Notes under the pieces: generated by a model | What the model was told of the DNA's origin: nothing | The model's input: the letters and a program-made list of their open reading frames with translations, nothing else | Database searches by the model: none | Shown: positions 20,335-30,981 of the stretch, in pieces | How the letters are laid out: each line of letters starts with the position of its first letter | Numbering within the stretch: the stretch's first letter is position 1 | Assembly (NCBI GenBank): GCA_041739995.1 | Contig: JBGSMV010000015.1 | Location: 32,001-96,000, forward strand | DNA: 64,000 nucleotides | Source of the DNA: Bdellovibrionota bacterium | Lineage (GTDB): Bacteria; Bdellovibrionota_C; UBA2361; JBGSMV01 | Reading direction: 5' to 3' | Position numbers and translations under genes: made by a program

Positions 20335-21333
20335 CTATTTTGTCTTTCGACTAAGATCGATCATTTCAACTCCACCAAGGTATTCGGTAGTCGAAAGATC
20401 TTCCAAATCCTTAGTCCTCTGAATCACCGCAGCAATACGGGTCGCCGCTTCCTCAATCGCTAGAAGGGCCGCATCTCTTTCAGCCTGCGAGGTCTCGGTT
20501 GAGCGAATGATATATGAATTTCCAATAATAACGGCCAATGGATTGTTTATCTCGTGCTGAAGAGCTACCGCCACTTTGCCAAGTGCGACTAACTGCTGCC
20601 CCGCCACAAGTGCGCGTTGCATGACCCGAATGCGGTATGAGGCGAACAGCCCAAGCAGCAATGCAACTATAGTTACCACCGCAATTTCAATCTGCAATTC
20701 GCTCTCCAATCGCCCTGCTTGCCGTAAAGTTCGAGAACTAAGCACTGAGAGAATATCGCCGACATCATTGCTAAAGTCGGGTAAGCCTTTGTGTGCTTTT
20801 TCCAGCACCTCTGTCAGTGCATTTAAGGTTGCCGGAGAAGCAACGTCATCATTTGCCTTCATGGTTTCGACCAGTCGTCTGAAACGGTCGATGTCCACAC
20901 GACTTCGAACTAGGAGCCGCTCGAGTGGCTTCACCCGAGTATCGACTCTGGATTCGGCTGAAAATATTCTGATCTGTTCTTCGAGCGCGAGCACCGCCAC
21001 ATCCTGCCGCTGAAGTAAGGCAGAGAACGTAGTCAGCGCTCCACTGAGCGTTTCCGAGATTGGGATATCAGTGCTCCCCGCAGGAGAAGCAAGACGCCGC
21101 CTGAGGGCTCTTGCTGCATCGACCAGCTCGAACTTCTCGGTTTCTAACCGGGTCAGAGATGAAGAGAATACAAGCGCTTCCCTTCCCAGCGTGCGAAGCC
21201 CTGACTTCAACTTAGAAATCTGCACCAGCGCGAACACTCCAATCGCAAGCGCGAGAAAAAGCAGCCCAAGCACAGAGGTGGTAATTTGGCGCCTATGGCG
21301 ATCTATGTCTGAGCTAAGCTCTGATTGGCTCAC
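20335..21333 (-). CDS. Membrane sensor with HisKA domain but no HATPase domain
   Basis: Two TMs around a helical periplasmic region; H-box 'ALQHEINNPLAVIIG'; ends about 70 aa later. Confidence 0.8.
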   Translation of the reverse strand: MSQSELSSDIDRHRRQITTSVLGLLFLALAIGVFALVQISKLKSGLRTLGREALVFSSSLTRLETEKFELVDAARALRRRLASPAGSTDIPISETLSGALTTFSALLQRQDVAVLALEEQIRIFSAESRVDTRVKPLERLLVRSRVDIDRFRRLVETMKANDDVASPATLNALTEVLEKAHKGLPDFSNDVGDILSVLSSRTLRQAGRLESELQIEIAVVTIVALLLGLFASYRIRVMQRALVAGQQLVALGKVAVALQHEINNPLAVIIGNSYIIRSTETSQAERDAALLAIEEAATRIAAVIQRTKDLEDLSTTEYLGGVEMIDLSRKTK

Positions 21334-21596
21334 AAATGCTCCTTAACTCCAAAAAACCAGGGCTCTATAAACGAGCAATAGCTCCACCCTGACCCGGCCC
21401 CACCTCGTATAGTAGATGAACTCGACCAAGAGAGGGGCACGAAATGATCATTCGATGTTTTGTCCGCATCAGGTTACGGCTATACTTCCGCATCCTACCC
21501 TGCCCCTGGAAGAGGCTATCTGTAGAACGATGTCGACAACCAAAGGGCCGTTTTTAACTTTAACAGGCTGCGATTCTTACTTACCACCGTTGCCCC

Positions 21597-22667
21597 ATGT
21601 CCATTAAACCAATTACCCCTCAACCTCCCGAACCTGCTCCGGCATTGAGCCCCGAGGAACGCGAGCAGCTCCTTCGCAAGCGAATTGCTGACCTGCGGCT
21701 GTCCCTTGAAGGCTCGCGCCTCGAAGGCGTGGTACGCAGATTACACTCGGAACTTGATGCCGTAGGCGTCGACTTTAAACCTCACGTCTATCTCTCTGAT
21801 GAATGGGGCTGCCCAAACCTTGTTCCGGTAATCGGAGTCCCTTTTTATCTTGCGGACGAACGCCTGCGTCGCATTGAGGACGAGATGATGGAGGGCATTG
21901 AGGCTGAAACAGATGAGGAGGTCATATCTTACCTCAGACACGAGGCTGGCCACGCCTTCAACTACGCCTATAAGCTCTTTGAGAGCGAGGAGTGGCAAAA
22001 AATCTTCGGCCCCTTCTCCCGCCCCTACAACGACGACTATGTTCCCAACCCCTTCTCCGATCAGTTTGTTCGCCATATCTCGGGCTGGTACGCACAAAAG
22101 CACCCTGACGAAGATTTCGCGGAAACCTTCGCTGTTTGGCTGTGGCCAGAATCTAATTGGCGAGAAGCGTATCGCGGCTGGAGTTGTCTGAAGAAGCTTG
22201 AGTACGTCGATCGTATCATCAAAAAACTCGGCAAGACCGCTCCTTTGGTCACTGCCGAGGGCTTTAATCCTAACGCCGACGAGCTCAATGTCATCATCGA
22301 CGACCATTATCGCGCACTTCGTCCCACTCTTGAGGACGTCCCCGCCTACTTCGACGGTACTCTTCGTGATATTTTTCAAAAGAGGGCACCGAAGAACCTC
22401 GAGTCTATCGTCACTGATGCCGATAAATTCCGTGCAGACAAATTTCTTGCCCAGCGGCGCAGGATCATCATCAAAGAGGTCGCATACTGGACCGGCCTTG
22501 AAGACCGCTTGATCCGCTCGCTGGTCAATCACTTTGTGGAGAGATGCAAAGGCCTCGAGTTGTGGGTACATCCGGCGAAGTCTCAAGAAACGGTAGTGCG
22601 CTTAACCACGCTGATAACTACACTCTGCATGAATCGACTCTACAAAGGTGATTTTATTCTAAAGTAG
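21597..22667 (+). CDS. Putative zinc-binding metallopeptidase
   Basis: 'LRHEAGHA' (HExxH) and 'YAQKHPDEDFAETFAVWL'. Confidence 0.85.
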   Translation: MSIKPITPQPPEPAPALSPEEREQLLRKRIADLRLSLEGSRLEGVVRRLHSELDAVGVDFKPHVYLSDEWGCPNLVPVIGVPFYLADERLRRIEDEMMEGIEAETDEEVISYLRHEAGHAFNYAYKLFESEEWQKIFGPFSRPYNDDYVPNPFSDQFVRHISGWYAQKHPDEDFAETFAVWLWPESNWREAYRGWSCLKKLEYVDRIIKKLGKTAPLVTAEGFNPNADELNVIIDDHYRALRPTLEDVPAYFDGTLRDIFQKRAPKNLESIVTDADKFRADKFLAQRRRIIIKEVAYWTGLEDRLIRSLVNHFVERCKGLELWVHPAKSQETVVRLTTLITTLCMNRLYKGDFILK

Positions 22668-22730
22668 AAGCGGGCCCGTAAGAGCGATGTCCCAGTACCA
22701 GCGAAAACCCAGGCGGCGAGATCGAAATTA

Positions 22731-23846
22731 GTGGAATCAAAAAAAGTAACAATCCTCTACGACTCTGATGAGGACACCACGAAGGCTGAGGCCGTAGCTC
22801 GTGGAGAAAAATTTCCTCTCGTATACGAGCATCTGAGTGACGCACTAACCAAGCGGGGGCATCAAATATCGCTGATGGCTGCCGGCCTCAATATCAAAAA
22901 ACTTGTCACTTCCTTAGAGAAAGACAACAGCGACATCGTCTTCAACCTATGCGAGTCCGTCGGCGGCGTGTCTCATCACGAGCAAAATGTGGCCGCCGTT
23001 CTCGAATTAATGGGGAAAAGGTTCACCGGTTCTAGCGCCGTGGGTATTTCACTCGCTCAGGACAAGGCGCTTGCAAAGAAACTATTTCAGTTTCACGGCA
23101 TCAAGTTCCCGCGCTTTAGCGTTTTCGATGCGGGTACGGTCGAATGGTCAGACGAATTGCGCTTCCCTCTCATTGTGAAGCCGCTAAATCAGGACTCCTC
23201 AATTGGCATCGATGAGAAAGCAATCGTCACCAGCTCTCAGGAGCTTACCGACCGCATTAGCTACCTTCATCACGAACTGCGCTGCCCAGTGCTGGTAGAG
23301 GAGTTCATCGAGGGTCGGGAACTGTACGTCGGCATTCTTGGCAACGATGCCCCCGAAGCACTTCCAATTCTTGAGTGGGACTTCTCTAAGCTTTCCGAAT
23401 TGACCCCAAAGATCGCGACCTCAGAGGCGAAGTGGGACAAAGAATCAGAAGCCTACAATGCTCCCCAGTGCTTTCCTGAAGACATTCCTAAGAGCGTATA
23501 CCAAGACATTCAGCGCTCAGCAGTGGAAGCCTTCAAAGCGCTCAAACTAAGGGATTATGCTCGTGTTGATTATCGATTGCGCTACATCCCCAAAGGCACC
23601 GTCATGCTCTCTAATCCGCGTCTTTCCAAAAAGGCACTCCCCGCACCACCGATCGATCCCACTGAAATGATATCCCTGGTTTCTACCGTCCAAGAAGTGG
23701 ATGCCTGGGAATACTATCTCATCGAAGTGAATCCAAACCCCCACCTCGAACGCGGAGCTGAGTTTGCCCTCGCCGCGAGGAAGAAGGGTCTTAGCTATTT
23801 GGAAGTTATTGAACGAATTCTCGACGCCGGCCTAAAGCGCCGCTAA
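22731..23846 (+). CDS. D-Ala-D-Ala ligase-like ATP-grasp enzyme
   Basis: 'DKALAK', 'PLIVKP..DSSIGI', 'EEFIEGRE', 'YARVDYR', 'IEVNPNP'; lacks the canonical Ddl GGxSxE N-terminus. Confidence 0.85.
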   Translation: MESKKVTILYDSDEDTTKAEAVARGEKFPLVYEHLSDALTKRGHQISLMAAGLNIKKLVTSLEKDNSDIVFNLCESVGGVSHHEQNVAAVLELMGKRFTGSSAVGISLAQDKALAKKLFQFHGIKFPRFSVFDAGTVEWSDELRFPLIVKPLNQDSSIGIDEKAIVTSSQELTDRISYLHHELRCPVLVEEFIEGRELYVGILGNDAPEALPILEWDFSKLSELTPKIATSEAKWDKESEAYNAPQCFPEDIPKSVYQDIQRSAVEAFKALKLRDYARVDYRLRYIPKGTVMLSNPRLSKKALPAPPIDPTEMISLVSTVQEVDAWEYYLIEVNPNPHLERGAEFALAARKKGLSYLEVIERILDAGLKRR

Positions 23847-23911
23847 CCCCTCTCATGGACGCAAGATTCGGAGCTCTCCCGCCGAACTTCCTTGTGTCCA
23901 ACGACGCAGCG

Positions 23912-24409
23912 CTACTGAACCAAAAAAAGCACCTGGGGGATAAGCATATTCGCCACACGCTCACGCAGACATACCAAGTCAGCGCCTGACCGAAGCGCCG
24001 CACTGGTCAGGTCATGGTCCTCAGGAGCAATAAGGATGGTCGGAATTGACTGATGGGATGGCAGACACCGCATTTGTTTAAGCGAACGGACAATCTCAGG
24101 TCCACTACCATCCGGGAGATGCATGCCACACACGACCAGGTCTATATAACGATGCACAAGAAGCTCGCATCCACGGGAGGCAGACGCGGCAGCGACCACA
24201 CGAAATCCAGCACTGCGCAGCAACTCATTGAGGGTACTTCGAAGACTGTCGTCGCCCTCCATTACGAGAATGGTAAAGTGCGTGGCGATAAACTCGCGCG
24301 CCCTGCGTCTCGCACGCTCTTGTCGGCGATGTATCATCATTTCAGGAATGGCGTGCGAATAAGTGCTCTCGTCATGGTCGCCTTCTCGAAGCGCTGTTGC
24401 CTGGGCCAT
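23912..24409 (-). CDS. Receiver-domain protein (pseudo-receiver)
   Basis: AGGAGG RBS; 'ILVMEGDDSLR...IDLVVCGMHLPDGSG...ALRSGAD'. Confidence 0.8.
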   Translation of the reverse strand: MAQATALREGDHDESTYSHAIPEMMIHRRQERARRRAREFIATHFTILVMEGDDSLRSTLNELLRSAGFRVVAAASASRGCELLVHRYIDLVVCGMHLPDGSGPEIVRSLKQMRCLPSHQSIPTILIAPEDHDLTSAALRSGADLVCLRERVANMLIPQVLFLVQ

Positions 24410-24967
24410 AAACACCTCCTGCAAAAAAACCTTTTCTTTCGATCCAGCACCGTCGAGTGCGGATAGCTCAAGAGCTTCTAATTAGTCCGATTAGACGATT
24501 CGAAGACATTAGAGAGGTTTTAGCTCTTGGAGCGGTAGCTGTCGGATTGATTTTGGTCTTTTTAAAGGGAATTTCTTCGAAAACCACCTTGCCGTTTGGG
24601 TGGCTTAGCCGGTATCGCTCACGCGATACCGGCGTCAACGCTCGGAAGGCGTTGGCAAATCAGTCAGTTATGACTGATTTGGAGCATCGCTGTAGTTCGA
24701 CACTGTGTCGTGGCGAACGGAGGCGATGCGAGCATTAAATTGGCCATGGAAGGCCGATTTCATGCCGATTTCTCATGTCCGCGAAGCGGGTCCGTGAGAA
24801 ATCCAGGTTAGCGCGGTAAGTGGCTTTGTTCATACTCAAAAGGACTGGGCGCACAGGTTTTCGGCAACAGACCTACGAAGTGACAAGTTTTTGCTGCGTG
24901 TAGATTTGTAACGGTGGCACGGTGTTAACCCACTCTCGAATGCGGCGTGCTCACCGCAATTTCAAAA

Positions 24968-27886
24968 CTAAATCGGAGAATCAAGCTCTTCGCCCCCGTC
25001 AGCAGGCACCTCTCCATCATCAGTTACCTCGGGAAGTGGCTCAAGAAAGGTGGTTCCCGAATGTCGCTTTGAAGTCCGGTTCCCTGTGGAAGGTCCTCCC
25101 CCGTCTGAAGCCCTTGACGGGAGACTCCGCAGCACCTCTGCGGATTTCAATTTGCCAAGAATCTGAGTGCGAAGACGAACGTCATCTTCACTGCGAACCG
25201 CTTCCTCCAGAAGCGCACGCTCTTCTGAAATTGCTGCGTCCATACGGGAATATGCCATCGCTCGTGCAAGTTTCTCACGATGAAAAACGAGCGCCCGCAA
25301 CTGGGCAATCGACGCATCCCAATTTCTTGTCGAAAGATATCGTGTCGCTTCGATGTTGAATGGATCAGGCCCCGACGCAGGAGACTCTATCGCACGACGC
25401 GAAGTGAGCAAAACCAAGACGCTTTGCGGATCGGGGTTCGTGCGAAACCAGGTGGAAAGAAAGGATCCGACGCTAGGATTCTGCGGCTCACGTTGTCCCA
25501 ATATTAGTGCACTTACCAAAAGAACTATCTGAGGCCGCGTCAGGCGATGCTCGTCACCCGCAATAAACTGCAACGTTTCATCTACCTGCGGCGCATCAAA
25601 ATTTTTCACCAGGGCAGCCACCGCTGATTTTCTTACTCGAGCAGAGGGAAAAGAAAGAAGATCTGCCAAGCGCTCATCAGCGAGCGTGTCATTCGGGAAA
25701 ATTCCGAGTGCAAGCGCCACCTGAGTAGCCTCCGGCATACTTGCCCAATGCCCTGCCGGGTCACTACGAAACCATTCACTTCTCCTCGTAAATATATCGT
25801 CGCGCTCACGCATTCGTACCGAGAGTTGTCTCGCAACGTCTGGATAAAGTTCGGCGAAGGGGGCCACTACTAGCGCGTGGGCAAGAAACTCGTCGGGCGG
25901 ATTCTTAGACCCAACGAACTTAGTCACCGCATCGTCTCCAAGATTGCCCACCACGATGTGTGCCAGAGCTCGCGCCCGCAGGTCCCCCATCGACTTCACT
26001 CCAAGCTTCTCGAGCTCAATAAACGGGGGCCCATAGGGAGGCGGCAAGTTTGCGAGCGAAGAAACGGGGATGTCATCGAACTGACCTTCGGAAAGGGTGA
26101 AATCGAGATCTCCTATCGCTGCAAGCTGCACCCCTGGATGGATATCACGAAGCGGTACTCCCTTTGGTGACGGGGTACGCATCAGAGATGCGAGCGAGAA
26201 AATGAGCGCCTGCTTTCTGTCGTCCGAGTTAAGCTCCTCGGCCCAGAGTGAATTGAACGCGACTCTAAGGAGGCCTAAGCGCACCCCGGGTCGCCGCGTG
26301 CCCGTGGCCACATCCTCCATTATGACGTCCTGAGCCGCTGAATCGTCATCATAGAGGGCCGCATGAACGACCTCAAAGCGCTCGTCCACTTCGGCACTCT
26401 CCCAGGCATGCTGGTATTGAAGCACTCGCTCGCTGTAAGGAGTGTAGAACGACCAAATGGCAACTCCAAGCAGCGTCCCCACCAGTAACGCGACGATACT
26501 ACCGCGAACACGCCGGGACACCGGGGCTATGTGCGCTATTAAACGCGAGAAATTCTTAGCTTGCTTTAAGGTCTCACCCGTCGCTACCGATTGCGCTGGC
26601 GAAACATTTTCACTCTTTTGAAGCTCCGCGCTTTGCAGCGCGGATATACTCGACGCTCCACTCTGAGATCGAGAAGAAGGATTCTGAGTGCCCCGATCGG
26701 CCACGGAGGATCGCGCTGACACCTCTCCTTCTCGACCAAGCAGCTTACCGGATCTGATGTTGTGCTGCCGTTCTGTAGCAATCTCGCGTCTCGCACCTGC
26801 CCGAGGCTCTCTAGCAGACGGCGTAACGCGAACTCGTTCAGCGGGAATGAACCGTTCCCTAACCACTCGCATGTCGGGCCGACGTTCTGGGTCGGGATGA
26901 CACATGCTATCGAGAAATACACGATGCTCAGAACTTAAACTCTCGGAAAGAAGGCGTCGCAGTACCTTACCAAGCCCGAACACATCAGTCGCTACGGTCG
27001 GAACCGGACTTCGCGCCAACTCTGGTGCCGCAAAACCAGAGAACTGCAGATGTTTAGCGTCCAGTACATAGAAACCATAGTCGATCAGGATAGGATGTTC
27101 GTCGATCACTGCTATGTTTTGAGGGCAGATATGTCCATGAATCAATCCCTCCGATTGCAGTGTGGTAATAAGCGTGATGAGTCTCTGGGCGAAAAGTACG
27201 TTCTGAAATTTCTCTTCGGAAGCTCTGCCTCCCACATCAAGATCGGAGAGTACGCTTTCAAAATATGGTCGTCGAATCCATAACTGTCCCCTCGCCATCC
27301 CGCAGGAAAACACTCCCTGAGAGAGTGCCTCATGCACGCTATCTGAGCTTAAACCCCGTTCAATAGCGCCCAACAGTTGTTCAAGAAATCCTTTCCGTTG
27401 AGGATCGAGATAGGCTTCGGGATGCGATAGCCGAACTAAATGCAAAGAGCGCGCACCACCGTCTCGTGACACTGCGGTATCAAGCAACAGCGGGCGAACG
27501 TCCCAGGCAGGCTGACTCCCCCGCAGGGCGCCGACCACGACTCCTGAGGTCTGGCTGGTCTGAGAAAGAGAACCATCAGAATCTTGTGCCGCGTGCAGCG
27601 CTCGATCGAGCATAGTTCGCTCTTCCGTGCTGAGCCGCTCGATATTGGTAATAACATCGGATGCTCGGGAAGACCCCGCACCATGCGCGGCATGTCCAAG
27701 AAACTCCTCTATCTCATCACTTGCAATATCGGCGCTTATGTTCTGCTTAGTTGGGCTGAGATCTGACCGAGTAAGATCTGATAGCCTGGAATCAGAAGAG
27801 TCAGGCTGCCCGTCAATACCTTTTTGGTCCCGACCTCCTGAAGACGCAGCATCGCCTCCACGCTCATCATCCGAACCTGTACTCAT
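24968..27886 (-). CDS. Membrane Ser/Thr kinase-like protein (probable pseudokinase) with a large helical C-terminal region
   Basis: 'IHGHICPQNI', 'LIDYG', 'FAAPEL', 'TDVFGLG', 'PDPERRP'; TM 'IVALLVGTLLGVAIWSF'. Confidence 0.8.
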   Translation of the reverse strand: MSTGSDDERGGDAASSGGRDQKGIDGQPDSSDSRLSDLTRSDLSPTKQNISADIASDEIEEFLGHAAHGAGSSRASDVITNIERLSTEERTMLDRALHAAQDSDGSLSQTSQTSGVVVGALRGSQPAWDVRPLLLDTAVSRDGGARSLHLVRLSHPEAYLDPQRKGFLEQLLGAIERGLSSDSVHEALSQGVFSCGMARGQLWIRRPYFESVLSDLDVGGRASEEKFQNVLFAQRLITLITTLQSEGLIHGHICPQNIAVIDEHPILIDYGFYVLDAKHLQFSGFAAPELARSPVPTVATDVFGLGKVLRRLLSESLSSEHRVFLDSMCHPDPERRPDMRVVRERFIPAERVRVTPSAREPRAGARREIATERQHNIRSGKLLGREGEVSARSSVADRGTQNPSSRSQSGASSISALQSAELQKSENVSPAQSVATGETLKQAKNFSRLIAHIAPVSRRVRGSIVALLVGTLLGVAIWSFYTPYSERVLQYQHAWESAEVDERFEVVHAALYDDDSAAQDVIMEDVATGTRRPGVRLGLLRVAFNSLWAEELNSDDRKQALIFSLASLMRTPSPKGVPLRDIHPGVQLAAIGDLDFTLSEGQFDDIPVSSLANLPPPYGPPFIELEKLGVKSMGDLRARALAHIVVGNLGDDAVTKFVGSKNPPDEFLAHALVVAPFAELYPDVARQLSVRMRERDDIFTRRSEWFRSDPAGHWASMPEATQVALALGIFPNDTLADERLADLLSFPSARVRKSAVAALVKNFDAPQVDETLQFIAGDEHRLTRPQIVLLVSALILGQREPQNPSVGSFLSTWFRTNPDPQSVLVLLTSRRAIESPASGPDPFNIEATRYLSTRNWDASIAQLRALVFHREKLARAMAYSRMDAAISEERALLEEAVRSEDDVRLRTQILGKLKSAEVLRSLPSRASDGGGPSTGNRTSKRHSGTTFLEPLPEVTDDGEVPADGGEELDSPI

Positions 27887-27954
27887 GCATAACCCTTACC
27901 ATGACGGCCATCGCCCGGAGCACTGGTGTCACTCCAATGAAATCGCCTCACCAC

Positions 27955-29118
27955 TCAACCTACAATGACTGAGTCGTCACCAGAAACCACTTTGCGCTCA
28001 GCAACGAGCGCATCCAACTCGAGCTTAAGCCGAGGAAGAATCTCATCGTATCCGAAGGCCCCAAGAAGCTCTCCGCGTCGCTTCATGTTCACATGCTTTG
28101 GGGCACACCAAAGCCCAAGATCAGCGTCATCGCTCTCACCCGGGCCATTCACGCGACAACCCATCACCGCAATGGTGAGATTCTCATTGGCTGCGTAGCG
28201 CGTGAGCTCTCGCACCTTTTCGGCTAGTTCAACGAACTGAAGATTCTCCACCCGCGAGCAAGATGGACAGGAGATAATGTTAAGTCCGGCCTGAATAAAG
28301 CGTGGCACAGAGCGGAACCTTCCGGCATTCACGTCTGCAACAATCTGCTTCCCGATCAAAATCTCTTCATATTTTCGGTCAAAGGGCAGCGTCAAGGAAA
28401 CGCGAATGGTGTCGCCGATGCCTTCGGCCAGTAAATTTTCAAAGGCAACCCGGGTCTTGATTTCGCCCATGGGCAACATGCCCGCTTCAGTCACACCCAG
28501 ATGCATCGGAATAAAGGGGAATTCCTCTGAAAAACGCCGATTGATATCAATCACATCGTTGGGATCTGAACTCTTCAGGCTTACCACGTAGTTGGAGAAG
28601 CCGAGTTCTTCCATAAACGTCACATGTTCGCGAGCAGAATTGAGGGCGGCTTCAAGCGGGTCGTGGTTTTCCCCTCGCTTCTCAGGGTCAAGCGAGCCAA
28701 AATTAATTCCGATCCTCAGCGCGCAATCATGCGCACGGGCGGCCGCCACAATGTGGGCCACTTTCTCACGAACCGGAACGTCTTTTTCGTGGTGATGAAG
28801 GTGTCCGGGATTATACCGAACGCCATCGACAATCTCGGCCACTTGCGCAATCAGGCGATAGCTCTCTTGCAAATCTACTACGAGCCGAGCAGTGCTCTTC
28901 TTTCGTAACTCACGCAGCGCCTCTACATCTTTCTTACTATCGACTGCAACGCGAACAATATCTGCTCCGTGATCGACAAGCGTAGAAATCTGGTTCAGGG
29001 TGGCCGGAATATCCTGGGTGTGGGTAGCACACATCGACTGCACCGAGATTGGTGCACCTGCCCCTATCACAAGATCTCGACAGCGTACTGCTCGAGTCGC
29101 CTTTCGAATAATCTTCAC
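27955..29118 (-). CDS. ispG: HMBPP synthase
   Basis: 'PISVQSM', 'RYNPG', 'RIGINFGSL', 'HLGVTEAG', 'SCPSCSR', '[11 protein letters not shown]'. Confidence 0.97.
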   Translation of the reverse strand: MKIIRKATRAVRCRDLVIGAGAPISVQSMCATHTQDIPATLNQISTLVDHGADIVRVAVDSKKDVEALRELRKKSTARLVVDLQESYRLIAQVAEIVDGVRYNPGHLHHHEKDVPVREKVAHIVAAARAHDCALRIGINFGSLDPEKRGENHDPLEAALNSAREHVTFMEELGFSNYVVSLKSSDPNDVIDINRRFSEEFPFIPMHLGVTEAGMLPMGEIKTRVAFENLLAEGIGDTIRVSLTLPFDRKYEEILIGKQIVADVNAGRFRSVPRFIQAGLNIISCPSCSRVENLQFVELAEKVRELTRYAANENLTIAVMGCRVNGPGESDDADLGLWCAPKHVNMKRRGELLGAFGYDEILPRLKLELDALVAERKVVSGDDSVIVG

Positions 29119-29431
29119 AAAATAATCTTCACCGCAGAAATTTCAGCGCTATAGCAGCCCGAATTCCGAACCAAACGTAATGAACTCACGCTCAAGCCGT
29201 TTACCGGGACGCCATTCTCCGCCCTAAGGAAACCACTCACGGGACAAAAATACCCATGTTGTTAAGTTGTTATGCCCTTAACTATACTACCGAGGTTTTA
29301 GAGGGCGTGCAAATGAGTGTGTGCCTGGATAGCCCGCCAAAGATGCCCTTTTTACGGGTAGCGTCCTATAAGCATGTGAGCCATCCGGCGTGCCCGTCTC
29401 TGATAAAACTACCCCAATTTAGAAAGGCAAC

Positions 29432-29902
29432 ATGGGACTCCGTAAAAACCACCTGCTATCAGCTGAGCCAGCTTTAGGACTTAGAATAGCCCCATTAACT
29501 TTGATTCTTACGCTTAGCCTGTTCGCGTTCTGGCCGAGCCTGTCACTCGCACAAGCGGGCGATACCTCTGAGGACCCAGTTCCGGCTTCATCATCTGGCA
29601 CCCCGATTTACCCAGTCTGGAAACTGCTCAGCTTTGAACAGAAGGCCAACTACTTGGCGGGTTATGTGCAGGGCTGGAAAGACGCGTCTCGAGTTACTGA
29701 CATCGCCATTGAATATGTGAAGCAGAACCCGGAGGAGGCGGTACGAGGATTAGAGCAGCTAAAGGGCCTATATGACCTCTCAGATGTCTCGCCAAGTCTT
29801 ATGGTGTCTAAAATTGACTCCTTCCTTGGCGAGCCATCAAATCGCTCCGCCCCGCTGTCGCTCGCCATAAGCACTGCAAGGAATAGCTCCCCCGAACAAT
29901 AA
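29432..29902 (+). CDS. Secreted hypothetical protein
   Basis: Signal peptide (SLA-Q); 'WKLLSFEQKANYLAGY'. Confidence 0.7.
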   Translation: MGLRKNHLLSAEPALGLRIAPLTLILTLSLFAFWPSLSLAQAGDTSEDPVPASSSGTPIYPVWKLLSFEQKANYLAGYVQGWKDASRVTDIAIEYVKQNPEEAVRGLEQLKGLYDLSDVSPSLMVSKIDSFLGEPSNRSAPLSLAISTARNSSPEQ

Positions 29903-30193
29903 GGGATGGAACACTTCTCAAAGAGTCGGCCGACTGAATCTATGCGCGCAGTTACCCCTCTATTTAACTTCACCTGCTCCTTTTCGGATAAAACTCACGT
30001 GGTTTATCCAGCCTCTAGTATGTTAGCCTCGTCCTTGTCTTTCGCGAGACCCCGGGCCTAGGCCATGATGACATCCATGGATAGCATTCGAAGTCCCCGA
30101 AGCCTCGCAGGAAGGTTGTTGTGTTCGGCAGTTGTATTTAGCAGTGGTGAGAAATCACTGGCCGAAGGGTTAAGCCGCTAAGGAATCATATTC

Positions 30194-30733
30194 ATGACAT
30201 CGATGGACGACATCAACGAGTTATTCGAGCGCGTAACGGAAAAATATGAGGTCCCTGTACCGATCGGCGGTCGCTGCGAAAGCAGCGTCTATTATCGAGT
30301 AGAGTATTTAACAGAGCACGATCTTAACATGTGCGCCGAATATGTTGCGCGACGCATTAGAAACCTTCTGTCGCCTCAACACCCTCATGTATTTCTTAAG
30401 CTAAGTGGAGGATACACGTTCTTTGCGGAACGCTTAAGCGCCATGTACTCAGAGCTCTTTCCTGATGCCGGAGAGATTCCGCTTGAGCCCTACGTCGAAA
30501 GCAAACTGTCTAATGGTCATGGTGAGAAATATCGAGGTAAGAACGCCATCCTCGTCACCGACGTAATTACCACGGCAAGATCGAGCTTAGAGGCGCACAC
30601 AAAGGCGACACTCCGCGGCATCCGAGTGCTGTGCTGGGCAACCTTAATTGATCGTACCTTTGGTCCTGGACCGGTCCCGGTCGTCTCGGCATTCACCGGC
30701 GCGCCGGTTCGTGTTTTGACCCAGGTAGGATAG
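30194..30733 (+). CDS. Type I phosphoribosyltransferase-fold protein (PyrE-like, atypical)
   Basis: PRPP-loop-like 'AILVTDVITTARSS' and 'LIDR'. Confidence 0.75.
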   Translation: MTSMDDINELFERVTEKYEVPVPIGGRCESSVYYRVEYLTEHDLNMCAEYVARRIRNLLSPQHPHVFLKLSGGYTFFAERLSAMYSELFPDAGEIPLEPYVESKLSNGHGEKYRGKNAILVTDVITTARSSLEAHTKATLRGIRVLCWATLIDRTFGPGPVPVVSAFTGAPVRVLTQVG

Positions 30734-30981
30734 GGAATTTCTGAATATCCCGTGTTTCTATCTTCGCGCGCTTTATGATCTTTGTTGTTCAATCAAATGT
30801 AGGCCAATTTCTAGAGTTTGTTTGAACCACTAAGACCACCAAGATTTAGTTTTTCAGAGCTCCCTTCGGTAGACACGTCGTCTTGCGGCCCCTCACAATC
30901 GGACCATGCTCACGACAGCGGCCCCTGCTCACGACAGGGCTCACGATCGAAGCTCGCTTCGAACATCGACAGCCAGCCAAC

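Noticed and set aside
21741..22586. 281-aa minus-strand ORF
   Set aside because: Antisense shadow of the metallopeptidase.
22731..23846. Gene symbol ddl
   Set aside because: The canonical N-terminal motif is missing and the context is not a cell-wall cluster.
24430..24960. Riboswitch or small ORF in the intergenic gap
   Set aside because: Only one hairpin (about 24767-24803) and no recognisable aptamer; the 93-aa ORF has no motif or RBS support.
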